Origin: Atractiella rhizophila
Lineage: Eukaryota
Assembly (NCBI GenBank): GCA_021432655.1
Contig: MU271584.1
Location: 1-41,790, forward strand
Length of the DNA: 41,790 bases
Direction: 5' to 3'
Position 1 is the stretch's first letter, and every line of letters starts with the position of its first letter. The position numbers were made by a program, and so were the translations under genes. Below are positions 1 to 11,729 of this stretch, piece after piece. Under the pieces are notes generated by a model. It was not told the DNA's origin. It made no database searches and saw only the letters and a list, made by a program, of their open reading frames with translations.

Positions 1-724
1 TTGCTGTGAGTCTTCCCTGTTGACCATGGCCTTGCGAAGAGGCTGTCAGTGAAAGTATGTGCCGGGTTATGAGAGAGGTGAGATGAACCTTTGGACGCGT
101 CTTCACTTAAAGAGACCTCTTGCGATATAATTGCCACAATCGGACGCGTTGATAGCCTCTTGCTCTCTCTTCCTGTTTGTCAAACATTTGTTTGGAAGGA
201 CTGCAATCTGCATATCGAAAAGGACGCAAAGTGGAGAAGGAGAGCAAGATGATTGAGGTCCTGTAGCGCTCACTCACGACTGCATTCCTTGTCGAAAATG
301 CAAGTAGCCGATTAAGTCCTCCTGGTTCATGCATTTGATTTTTTGGTTCTGCTGTACCGCATTCGCCCTGTAGTCTAATTGGATTATGTATTGTCTTAGG
401 AGGAAGCTACATTACCCTTGCACGTTCCAATGACTGAAATTCGTGTAAACGAAGCTAAATCCCATCCAATCAAAGGATAAAGGAGAATAATCATGCTTGT
501 GGCGTAGCCGTCAATGGAAGATAGTGTCTAGAAGTATTACAGTAGGCGAACCAAGCTCCATCTTCATCTTGAACGGTTGTTATTATGTCAGCGAATGTAT
601 GCGGATATTCATTTTGGACAGAGCTATTGGCATAATGTTAACCTGACATGTTTAAACTGAGTTGCTTTGAGACCGCATTGCTTGTTACAATCGTTCTTTC
701 GCACAATCCCACTTCCAAGCTTGA

Positions 725-2173
725 ATGGTCAATTTGTTTTCCCTACTTCCACCTATGGCGCTCCAATCTCATTTATTGTACAGACGCCATGTCCTCTTCT
801 CCTCGACAAGTCTCGGCCTACCCCGTCCACCGCTTTCTTCACATTTCCTCATTCTTCTCCCTCACTACGTCCCTCCACTCGTACAGCCCCTACTTACCCA
901 GATGTTTTTCGAGCGCTTCCACCTTCCCGCCGTTCTAGTCATCACTAGGGAGCTAGCATCTTTATATGGGGCTGGTGCCAACTCGGGACTCGTGATCGAC
1001 ATTGGGGATTATGCCTGGAGGACGGAGGACGAAGATGATGCTGAAGTGGTGCGAACACCATCATCGCTAGTTCCTATTTTTGATGGGGATCCACTCTTTC
1101 ACAATGCACACTCGAGCCCTTTAACGAGCTACGATCTCGACCTTCATTTCGCCCACCTACTGTTGACAGCCATTCCAACTCTCCCATCACAGCTCTCCTT
1201 ATCGGGTGTACCACTACTTCGCGCTTTGACTCGTATCATTTCCTCCCTCAAGTCTGAGCGACATCTTGCTTGTGATCTCCATCCTTCTCTGGGTTTGGGA
1301 ACTGGAACAGAAGAGCCTGCAGAAGCTGAGGACGAGGAAGGGATAACTGATGTGGCGAAAGCATTGGCTAGCGGCAAGGCGAATAAAATCATTGAGAACG
1401 CCAAGCGCAAGAAGTCTGGAGTAGAAGAAAAGAAAAAGGATACGGTCGAGATTGATCATCCTGCAGGGAAGGAAAATGGCAAGATTTCAGTTCCAATCCC
1501 CCTTTTGTCGAGGTATATGGATCCACTTTTGAAACCTGAAGTGCTCAAAGATGTGAGGCAATCATTTGCAAAGCCGGATATCGGACTGAAGAATGTAGCA
1601 TATTCCACTGAGGAGTTACAGGTTTGTATTCATGTTCTGGCGCCAGGCGGAACTCATGCTTGATCATAGGAACTTTCAAATTCGGTTTTAGATGCAGCCC
1701 ACTATGCCCTTGATTGGAATTATTCCGAGATAGAGACTGGCATGAGGGCAGGCATTCGAGATACAATAGTTATAGCTGGAGTCGGATCGACGATAAAAGG
1801 TATGAATGTCTACACTCGCCCCAGTGACCTGACGCCTGCGGGAAGGATTTGGTCAAGCACTGGTCTCTGTCCTACCGTCCTACGTTGAACTTGCAGAGTC
1901 ACCCGACGTAGAAGGAGAGACAAAACCATTCAACCTTGGTCGCCTAGCCGATTACTTTTCTGGTTTCCGAGGGAGAGAAGATTGTTTGGCCTTCTTGGGA
2001 GGATGCATCATTGCCAAGGTGCGTTTCCTTACTGCGTTTAGAGCTTCCATCCAACTGACAGGACCGTATTTCTCAAGCTGGGTTTCAATGACTCGAGTTA
2101 TAAGCTCGTTGTCACAAAGCAGGACTACAATGCCCTTGGACCGCAGGCTGGACTACTGTTGGAGTCGTCATAG
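725..2173 (+). CDS. ARP9: Actin-related protein, Arp9-like (chromatin-remodelling Arp); multi-exon, start codon unresolved
   Basis: Actin-fold motifs QMFFERFHLP..LASLYGAGANSGLVIDIG. Downstream exons spliced via GT-AG introns give IVIAGVGSTIKGFG, AFLGGCIIAK and VVTKQDYNALGPQ; stop TAG at 2171-2173. The 5' exons could not be assembled. Confidence 0.75.
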
Positions 2174-2441
2174 CTGCTTGCGTTCCCCTGTAACAGATTG
2201 TCATTAGCTCAATTGTGAAAACGGCGGTCACCCGCTCTCTTCCTGCCGTGTATTCCTGAACCTGCAGCATAGGGCACGCGTGCTGAACACAGGAAAGGTA
2301 AGTGGCGCTGCTCAGGCTGTCGGCAACTGCCGAAGTACCCCTCCGCCAATCCGCCCACGACACGACCAAGTTGCGAAGCCAAAACACGGCGAAAGCTGTG
2401 ACCTAAACAACCGTTAACACATCCTCCAACAAATATCTTTC

Positions 2442-3052
2442 ATGGCCGCCCAGCTACGGAAGGAGGCAGAGCGTTTGAAGCGTTCAGGGGACGAAGCAGG
2501 GGCTTTGGCGAAGTATGAGCAAGCTTTGAAGCAATGCGACCGTGATGGACAAGAATACTTAAAGATCGATGTATACTATGGCCTTGCGACCCTGTATCAT
2601 GAGCTCTCGATGTTCAAGGAGGCGTCCGACTTGTTCGAGAAAGGACTAGAGCTGCAGGGAAAGTTTGGTTATAACCTGGAAGCTGTGCGTCTTGCCATTT
2701 CTTTGCATCGCTTTTCGTTTCCATTGACGGCAGGTTGTATACTAATGGATCGATAGGAGATCAACTCAGCTGCGAAAGCGAGCTTTACCTTGAGTCGATG
2801 TTACACATTGTTAGGAAGGGAGAAGGAAGCCTCAGCTGCTAGAGCTCGAGCTGCGAAATGGGGATATGATCCAGACGGAATACTGCTCCGTCCACAAGAA
2901 GAACCACCGGTCTGTCGCGTTAGTCTCAATATCTCCCTTGAATTCTCATGCTCTTTGTGGCTGAATAGGGAACAATCAATGCTGGTCTCTTGTTTGTTAT
3001 TATCGTCTCCATCGCGGTCACCTATTGGGCAATTTCATTGGTTCCCTCTTAA
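2442..3052 (+). CDS. Small TPR-repeat protein with C-terminal transmembrane tail (3 exons)
   Basis: TPR-like helices ALAKYEQALK, VYYGLATLYHELSMFKEASDLFEKGLEL and FTLSRCYTLLGREKEA. Two phase-0 introns (gtgcgt..gatag; gtctgt 2910..aatag 2968). Last exon GTINAGLLFVIIVSIAVTYWAISLVPS* is hydrophobic. Confidence 0.7.
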
Positions 3053-3549
3053 AGCCATCTTCTGCATGCCGATCTCCATCTATTTTCTTTCCGAGCCTTC
3101 GCCACCTTCCGAATCTCGAAGCTAATTACGGCGTAGTGAGCTGGTGAATGTTCCAGTGTAACCCCTCCTTCGAATATTTTCAAAGATGTTCCTCTCGCAT
3201 ACAGCGATACCCTCTCAGCCATGAGATTAAACGTCGTCTTCCGACATGAACTGTCTGTGGACTGCCAGCTCTTGCTTCAATTCCATTCTGGTAATATACA
3301 GAAACACTTCCAAGTTGGGACTGGTACAGCTTTCTTTGATGGCTCAATGAAGGCACAGGAAGCATAACGAGCGAACGACGAACTGCCCGTTAGAAGAAGA
3401 ACGAGCTACCACGACAGTTGTCGTCTCACAGAACGAGGTGAAAGCGGTGAATTGTTGCCTCAATCAGTTCAGAAGGAACGACTTTACTTCATTCCAGGTC
3501 ATGCCAGCAGCCTACATAGGAACACTTCGACTAGCAACATATAGCAGTC

Positions 3550-5860
3550 TTAAGCAAGGGTGAAGGTCTGGTCCGAGGCTCCGTCACAAGCAGCAGCATC
3601 CAACTTGCCGTTGTTGATCACGAAGCAAGTTTTTCCTTGAGAGTTCTTGGGGGAGAGAGCGAGAGAGGTCTCGCCAGCGGTGAAGGGGAATAATTGCGAG
3701 TCTGTCGTCTCTCCTTCGCCGTCAGCTCGTCCTCCGCACGAGAAGATGATGACCTTATCGCCATCCGCGCGACGGTCGTCAAAGTTCAAGCATCCTTGAG
3801 TCTATCCTGCTTCGTTAGTGGTAGGCTCGACTGATGATGAGAGTAAGGAACGCGCACGATGGAGCTGACGATGAGAGTTGCGCCTTGTTGGTTGTTGTGT
3901 TTACCGCTGGTGATCAAATCCCATTGGGTGTTGAGGGAGCCATCACAATCAGCCTCAGTGACAGGGATGAGGTTCTGTCTGAAGTCGCCAGCTGTGGGAT
4001 CGACGAAGAGGCATTTTCCGCTTGGTATCTATCGCACATCACCCCGAAAACTATCAGTGTACGAAGTCAAAAGATTCACAGACGGATATACCTTGATTTG
4101 CACACCAGTGGCAGCCCTCGTTGCAGTGTCATCTCTCTGGTTAGCCTCAGCCGCTGCAGACGGTTGAAGTGTTCCTCCAGCACGCGAGACAGGCACCTCA
4201 GTTGTCGGGTTCGCAGTGGGAACGGCACCAGCGGGGACAGAGGTGGTTGCTGCTAGTTCGGAGGAGGAAGTCTCTAAAGGTGCAGCGGATGAGGACGACG
4301 AGGATGTCTCCACTGGAGCAGCGGAGGAGGACGAAGAAGTCTGGACAGGCGCTGGTGTGTTTCCTGCTCCTCCTCCAATGGTGAAAGTTTGATCAGCGGC
4401 TCCATCACAGGCGGCAGCGTCCAGTTTGCCATTATCGATCACGAAGCAAGTCTTTCCTTGGGAGTTCTTGGGAGACAAGGCAAGGGAGGTCTCGCCAGCG
4501 GTGAAGGGGAAGAGCTGAGAATCGGTAGTCGCTCCTTCGCCATCCGCTCGTCCTCCGCAGGAGAAGATGATGACCTTGTCCCCATCTGCGCGACGATCGT
4601 CAAAGTTCAAGCATCCTTGTGTCTATCCTTCTTAGTTAGCTATGGAACACTGAATTGAGGGTAGGGAAGCGGACAATCGAGCTGACGATGAGAGTTGCGC
4701 CTTGTTGGTTGTTGTGTTTCCCGCTGGTAATCAAATCCCATTGGGTGTTGAGGGAGCCATCACAATCAGCCTCAGTGACAGGGATGAGGTTCTGTCTGAA
4801 ATCACCCGCTGTAGGGTCGACAAACAGGCACTTTCCGTTCGGGGTCTACACACAATGCACGCCACCAATTATCAGCGCACCGGAAATACTCGCCATGGAC
4901 GGACCTACCTTGATTTCCACTCCAGTAGCAGCCCTCGTTGCAGTGTCATCTCTCTGGTTCGCCTCTGCCGCAGCGGACGGTTGCAGCGTTCCCCCAGCAC
5001 GGGAGACAGGGACCTCAGTCGTTGGGTTCGCAGTGGGGATGGTACCACCGGGAGCAGAGGTGGTTGTTGCGGGTTCAGAGGAGGAAGAAGTCTCCACTGG
5101 AGCGGCGGAGGCAGAGGAAGAAGTTTGGATGAGGACTGGCGCGCTACTGATTTCGCTGCCGTCACCATCCTCTGGATTCTGAGCCCCGGGTTCACCATCT
5201 AACGTGAACTCCTGCTCGCAGGCATCGTCGCATGGCCGAGCGTCCAGCCGGCCGTTGACGATTTCGAGGCAAGTCGAGTTCTTCGAGTTGGCGGGAGAGA
5301 GGGTGAGGGTGGTCTGGGACGCGGAGAACGGGAAGAGTTGGGAGTCAGTCACTTGACCTTCGCCGTCCGCTCGTCCTCCACACGAAAAGAGAATGACCTT
5401 GTCTCCATCTGCACGACGGTCGTCGAAGTTGAGACATCCTTGGGTCTGCACACCACGATGGAATCGTGAAACAAATCAAACACTTCGGAAGGAAACGAAG
5501 ATGAGGGAGGAGACGAACGAGAGAAGAGACAAACAGCGCGAAACCGGGGCGATCGTTGTGCTTGCCGCTAGTGAGGATGTCCCAGTCTTGATTCGGAGAA
5601 CCATCGCACTCTGCCTCCGTGATGGGGATGAGGTTCGCCCTGAAGTCACCACCGAGGGGGTCCACGGTGAGACAATTTCCGGACGAGGTCTATCACGAAC
5701 GTCAGCGCGTATCAAATTAAGCGAGCCATCCAAGACGGAATGACGCAGTGGATGAAATAATGCAGAAGGGAAACGCACGAGGATGGGGACACCAGAGAAT
5801 GCGCGCGTAGCGGTATCATCTCTTTGCTGAGCCTCAGCCGTGGCAGCCTGGTCGAGGGAG
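3550..5860 (-). repeat. Three ~820-bp intragenic tandem repeat units (exon+intron) of the lectin gene
   Basis: For example gagctgacgatgagagttgcgcc occurs at ~3862 and ~4679. Units 2 and 3 are much more similar to each other than to unit 1. Confidence 0.9.
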
Positions 5861-5958
5861 CCCACTGCTCGCGGGTAGACGCGTCCATAATGGTGGGAGG
5901 GGATTGGGAGGGCGGAGAAGGCGGAGATGAGAGGGAGGAGACGAATGAAGCTGGCCAT
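3550..5958 (-). CDS. Secreted protein with three tandem ricin-B/beta-trefoil-like lectin modules separated by Ser/Thr-rich linkers
   Basis: Signal-peptide-like MASFIRLLPLISAFSALP. Three copies of AEAxQRDDTATRA...CLxVDPxxGDFRxNLIP..CDGS..QxWD..SGKHN..VSSxTQGCLNFDDRRADGDKVIxFSCGGRADGEGxxTDSQLFPF..C..LDAxxCD..QxFT, with QxW/QxF motifs and paired Cys. Introns sit at equivalent positions in each copy. Confidence 0.8.
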
Positions 5959-6432
5959 GTCAATATTTCCTCAAGTTGGACGGTATTTCTTCTTGAATGT
6001 TATAGCTTTGCTGATTGCAGTGTTGCTGCGAGTGAATGTCACTTCGAGTGATGATAGAGAGCGTAGGCTGTCAAAGCAAAGAGCGAAAGGTGCTGGACCT
6101 GAATGCAAGTAATGGCAGGTGCTAGCCTGAGTGCCAACTAGTTGACAAGCGAGAACTGACGAAGGAGAGAATGAAGAAACAAAGGAGCGCAGTATTTTTG
6201 CATTTCTTATCAAGTTATCTTATATAGCCTGTAAGAAGTCAAGAAGGAGGCTGTGCACGTTTCAAGAGCATGCGAGCATGCGACCAGGAGAGAAACATGG
6301 TTGTGCAAGTGCATTCTTGTTTAGTTCGTTCAGAGCTGCCCGGGTTGTATTTCTCTAGTAGAGTTATCATATTGCCATTCTCTTCCTCTCAATCCGCATA
6401 TTCACATGAACAGCCCTCCAGCGAAAGCACAT

Positions 6433-8256
6433 TCAACTGGTGTGAGCTTTATGTATCTCCACACCTTTCGGCGCGCCGAGCACTACACACCATCCGCCAT
6501 GCACGTCAGCACCATTTCAGGAAACAAAAGCAAGTAATCAAAACGTGACAACAAGGAAAGGACAAATGAATGAATGAAGCTTAATGAAGCACGTAAACTA
6601 ACCCGTCGTACGAAAACGAACAGCAAAACTAGTGATTGAAATGCAAATGAAGAACTCACGCTCTTTGATGCGTCCATATATCAGGAACTGACTACTGACT
6701 AGCCCAGCGGTCATCACCGTCCTGGGACCTAAACCGGCGAATAATCCTCGAATACCAGTTTCGCGAGCGAGGGAGGACAGGCGTGAAAGCATGGGTCCGG
6801 TTGGTCCGTGACCCTTGTTTATCTTCAGTCACGTCATCCAAACGTTAAGGCGTTCGTGTTAGAGTGTTATTGTTCGATTGGAAGATATGTATATGATTAG
6901 TAACTTGGCTTTTCTGCGTAAAGAAAAATGAAGGGAGAATGGGATGGGAGATAGACTAACTTGTGAGAGAAGCGTATCGGCCGGATGAGAGAGGAAGGCG
7001 GCTGCTACTCCTGCTACTAATCCGCTTCCAAGATCGATGCCTGTTCCAACACTAGTCATTAATCATTCGCTATCAAAGCGATTGAGCATTGAATGGATAC
7101 GCTCGCTAAAGAAAGGGGAGAAGTATGAGAGACAGACCTGTACGTTGCCAAACCCCCAGCGCTTTCACCTCCTCCTCTTTAATGCCCAGTCCACGATATG
7201 CAGCCTCATGACACAACTCGTTGGTGACAAACTGCCCAATAGCGAAGGGTATCTGTCTGCCGTCCATTTATCCAATTAGCATAGCATTCAAGACGGTATA
7301 GCGACGAATATGGAAAGAGGGGGGACGCACTTGAAGAGAATGGGCACGAAGCCCGCATATAGCTCCCTTAGCCCTCCTTCACGTGCCATCCGCGTCAATC
7401 CTGGGACTAGGCCAGAGGCATAAGTCTTGTCAGAGACCAATCTGATCCTCGTCGCCTCCAACGGCTACCATCGAGTCACATCACGTCAATCAATCCCACA
7501 CAGCAGCACAAACAAAGGGGAAGGGAGAGAAAGACTCACGGTGAGCAGGATGTCAGCGAAGAACTCAGCCACGCTCGCACCGATGAGATAAATCGGCGTC
7601 CGTAGCCTGACCGCCTCTTCCTCCCCCACTGCCTTACACAGCTGTAGCTTCCAGAACTCGTACCCCGCGAACTTTGCTCCTCCTTGCACCAGGTAACCGA
7701 CGGCGGTTGGTCCAAAACCCGTGAGGAGGCCCTGCATTCATACCATATCCATATGGTCAGTCTTATTCCTTTATGGGTTCGGATATGGATACGGCTGGCA
7801 GGTGAAGGATGGGGAGGGAGGAGACGCACTCGTGGACCGTCGGTAGATACCACCCGCCGCATACCGCTCAATAAGGAGTCCTTCTTGTACGCCGCATCGA
7901 TCTGAATGCGCGTCTTGACCACGTCCAAGGCTGCATCCAAGACGCGCGTTTAGTCATCGAACGTTCGCGTCATGGAGGGACGCGGCGAGAAAGTGTAAGC
8001 AATGGGGAGGGAGGACAGACGGGTCATGGCGCCGTGGGTTAGACTGATGACGTCATGTTAATATTTGGAAACGAAGATGGTGAAAGGAGTGGACACGGAC
8101 GTAGCACATAATGCTCCTGTTCCCTCAATATCAACTCATGCTCATGACGTCGGAATGGGATGAAAAGAAAAGCGAACCAGCAGAAAAGAAGACTCCATAG
8201 CTGTATGGGGTGAAAGTGGGAAGTTCGGATATCGGTTTCGGTTTCGTGGCCGTCAT
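6433..8256 (-). CDS. MIR1: Mitochondrial phosphate carrier (Mir1/PiC family), many short exons
   Basis: Motifs GALCATLTHGAMTPLDVVKTRIQ, LLTGFGPTAVGYLVQGGAKFAGYEFWK, AEFFADILLTPLEATRIRLVS, SHPADTLLSQ and LGPRTVMTAGLVSSQF. Ends LGAPKGVEIHKAHTS*. ATG at 8256. Confidence 0.92.
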
Positions 8257-9079
8257 CTCTATCTCTTTGGGGAGTCTCTTCAGGCCCTCAGGAGACTATT
8301 GGGGCGTATATCTATCTTTGAAGAGGAGGTTGGACAAGTTGGAAGTGGTTTTGAGTGAGCGGGAAGCGGGAAGACATTTATATCTTTCGGCCCTCGGCGA
8401 GACCCCGGCACCAATTTCGACGCAGGGTTCATCTTCTGCGCAACTTGTACGCATACTGCATGGTCCCATAGTATACTTCAAGCGGAAACAGTCCAGAAAC
8501 AGCAAGCTATTTGCTTAAATAACCTCAATGATCTTTTACAAGGTATCTGTATTCGGTTATGTTGTGTTCCCGTGTTTACAACATAATTGCCACGTGATTT
8601 TTCCACTCACAAAAAAACCACGAACGCCAGGCGACAAAGGAAGCAGTAAAGCGTTGGGACACTCAAGATTCAGAGAGGATGATTGTCAGCTATGGTGAGC
8701 TGGTTCGATATTCCAGCGCCAGATTTGCACGCCATACCTCAGGCGTCTCACGTCTCACGCCTCAGCATTTTCATGGCAGCTCAGCAACCGCGTCCTATTG
8801 CCCCATATTCTCTATTTTACTCTGAGCTGAAGTAGCTCTCAGATCCTCGCATCTTCTAAAGCGTTCTAACGTCTGCCCATGGCAAGTTTTCTACCTTAAC
8901 CCATCTAGAAATAAGGAGTGTCGTCATTACATCAAATGTAAGACATGTTGGTTCCGTATGATCTCTCATCCACATTGAAAGATGTTAAACTTGTTTTGTG
9001 GTCTCGATAAGCACGCATCTAGATGCGGCAATCATAACTACTGCGACATCTCGCGAGCTCTTTCTAATGTGCTGGGTTA

Positions 9080-10430
9080 GGCTACTCTTGACCTCCTGCC
9101 GTTGACACCGTCAAAGCTACCTCCACACACATTCAATTTCACAGAAACTCGAGGATTTACACACATCCCGTCGACGGAAATCCAAGAAGCTTATGAAAAA
9201 GCACTGAGGGTCGAATCCGAAGTCAAAGGCGAGGCAAGCGGCCTCATCTGTGTCCGAATGGTTGGATTCTTCATTCTCCACTTCGCCCTCCCTCCCGCTC
9301 TTGCTGAATTTGGCTCCATGGCTCCATCTTAGTGATGCAGCTTGCGCGAGACGTCAATTTGGATAAGAATGACAAGTTGATGCCATTGAAACAGAAAGAC
9401 GTTCACTTGGGCCAATTCTATCGAAATTGTTTCCTTCTAGCTTGTTCGTCTCATTATAATTTCTATTACCTTACTTTGATAAGTGGTGCAAGTCAGAGCA
9501 ACAACCAGAACTCTTATTCCTTCAGAGCATTCTTCGCGACCGTCTTTCGATGAGGATGTTAGGGGGTTAGAATCGTTAATCAAGGAGTCTCCAAAGACTA
9601 CCAAACGGCAAAGAAGTATGTGCGTCACCAATCTCCCTCAGGCATGCTGTATTCACGCGCGGTTACAGGCTCTATTGTGAGATGGCTTCTGCTGCATGGT
9701 CAGCGGGTGCATAGACTCTAGTAAATATCGGCGCCTTTCAGCGGAGGACAAAAAGAAGAATACTGAAAAGGTGGCGCACTGAGTGTTGTCATATCTTGGC
9801 GGACTTCGTTACTCAGGGATTGCAGGACCCCAAGAAGGTCATCATAGATTGTTCCTCCTTATTGTTGCTGAGTGTGACGTAGCACGGAAATGCCGCCAAC
9901 CTGACAACATTTCTCACCTCCTTCGCCTTGGACGAGACGGTCGAGAGACTACTTGAAGGATCACATCACTTGTCCAACATTCTCACTCTGTCAACTTCCC
10001 TACACGATGCATGCGGGAAATTTGACTTTTGGTTCGAGGCTGTTGAAGGAAGACAAGTTTGTTCACCTGCCTCATTTCAATGTTCCTCGTTTGATAGTAC
10101 TTTCTAGAACACCTACAAAATCATTGTGCCAGACCCCGAACTCTTGGGGCCGCAACCTTCTCACTTCAAATGGGGAGGTCACGCTCACACACAGCGAGTG
10201 CGTCCAGACCAATGCAGCCAACTTTCCTCCCCAAATTGCTTGCCCTGCACGCTGCAGCCGCTCGTATCGCTCACGCATCTCCTGCTGCTGAACAGTTGGA
10301 TAGGTGGGAGAGTGACTGGGAGGAGACAAAGACTTTAGCACAGGACGGGTCTAGTCTTGAAGTTATCGATATGATTGCTGCACGACTAAGATCACTTGCA
10401 GCAGTTGCGCGACGGCATGGTCAACTGTGC
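9080..10430 (+). pseudogene. Disrupted fungal HNH-endonuclease-domain (HNH_2-like) gene
   Basis: Fragments match the basidiomycete HNH family: TLIPSEHSSRPSF; ALL*DGFCCMVSG (typical ALxRDGxRCxxTG, with TGA at 9678-9680 in place of Arg); C-terminal LLALHAAAARIAHASPAAE..TLAQDGSS. A further stop or frameshift lies near 9330 and others in 9750-10240. Confidence 0.7.
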
Positions 10431-10991
10431 ATATACGTAGGTGTTAACCAGTTTCATCAATATGTAAAAGTGCTCCAAATGAAGTTATTGTAACTATCTG
10501 CTTCATCCGACGTTATATACACAGTATGCATTGACACACTTGCAACGACGCCGATAAAGCTCAGAACGACTTTCGCGGATAGTTGAGAGTGTGTATAAAG
10601 GTGGACTGTCCTTGTGACCTTTAACTTGATTTGACCTTGAACGGATTTGCCTTGCTTCTTGACGGTCACAATGGACACTCTACGTCCATCTCCGCGTCGG
10701 TCTACGTTGCTTTGGGCAAAGCCTTTGAATCTTTGAATGTCAAAGTGGCTTGCACAGTAAGCACCCTAAACTTCAGTCAAACTGTAATGCTCGCAATACT
10801 TCATTGGGGTGCCTCGACCTTCGCTGTGTTTCTTCCCAGCTTTTGGTGTGAAACTGACAATCAACATATAATGCAAATATCGTGTATGAAACGGCTTGAT
10901 GCCATTGCTGTCTTGCAAGCCTTCTAGGCACAGACTCGAAATTTTGCGCTAAATTTCAAGTGAAGTGAATCGAATCGCTAGATTCACCACC

Positions 10992-11469
10992 ATGTCTCTT
11001 CCCACTCACGTATACAAATTGATACCCTCCGCCGCCGCCCCTCCAACTCCTCTCCCCCTTTCGCTCCCACTCTCCGAACTAGACACCCGCAGTGCCTTTA
11101 TCCACCTCTCCACTTCGTCTCAGGTGCAGAACACGCTTGTACATTTCTTCAAAGACGAAAAGGACGTGTGGATACTAAGGATTCCGTTTGAGAGGGTAAA
11201 GGAGAAGGTGAAGTGGGAAAGCCCAGATTTGAAGGGTGCGTTCCTTTCTTCTCATTCTGAGATGTCAGTTAACCACGATATGATTTCTGATTCCTGATGA
11301 TGCTGATGGATGTGCAGTTTGTGGTGAGAGGCCTGAAGAGGGGTTATTTCCTCACATATACAACGGAAAGTTGGGGAGCGAGGAGGTAGACAGTGTGCGG
11401 AAGGTCGAGAGGGGAACGAAAGAGTGGGGAGATGCCTTAAAGGAGCATATGGAATGGCTCGTATCCTGA
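10992..11469 (+). CDS. DUF952-domain protein (2 exons)
   Basis: VYKLIP...LSELDTRSAFIHLST..QV..TL..FF...VKWE. After one intron, GLFPHIYNG, the DUF952 FPHxY motif. Stop TGA at 11467-11469. Confidence 0.88.
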
Positions 11470-11729
11470 TTTAAAAACGAACCTGGGGAGAAATTGATTG
11501 ATGAGCGAGCATTATTCGTTACGCTGAGGAACTACCTGCGATGCCTGTCATGTTTCTTTCGATTCGATTATTGCTCAAACAAGGTTGACTGGTTCTCACA
11601 TTGCTTGCAGAAACGTATATATACCAAGAAAACAAAATCAATTACCAAGAAAGAACTCCACAAACAGACATATAGCCCTAGCTACAGGTGAGCTGAAAAC
11701 TCTCTTTGACCGACTCCACGCCTTCCCCT

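Noticed and set aside
1..334. Possible minus-strand gene start (ATG 334/330, GTGAGT donor)
   Set aside because: No recognisable protein and no consistent spliced frame within the window.
8699..8721. tRNA T-arm-like hairpin GCTGG-TTCGATATT-CCAGC followed by GCCA
   Set aside because: The loop is 9 nt, and no D-arm, anticodon arm or acceptor stem could be built.
10631..10927. LLLDGHNGHST resembling the DDE_1 (pogo/Fot1) LDGHxSH motif
   Set aside because: The downstream LPxHxxHxLQPLD motif and terminal inverted repeats are absent; probably chance.
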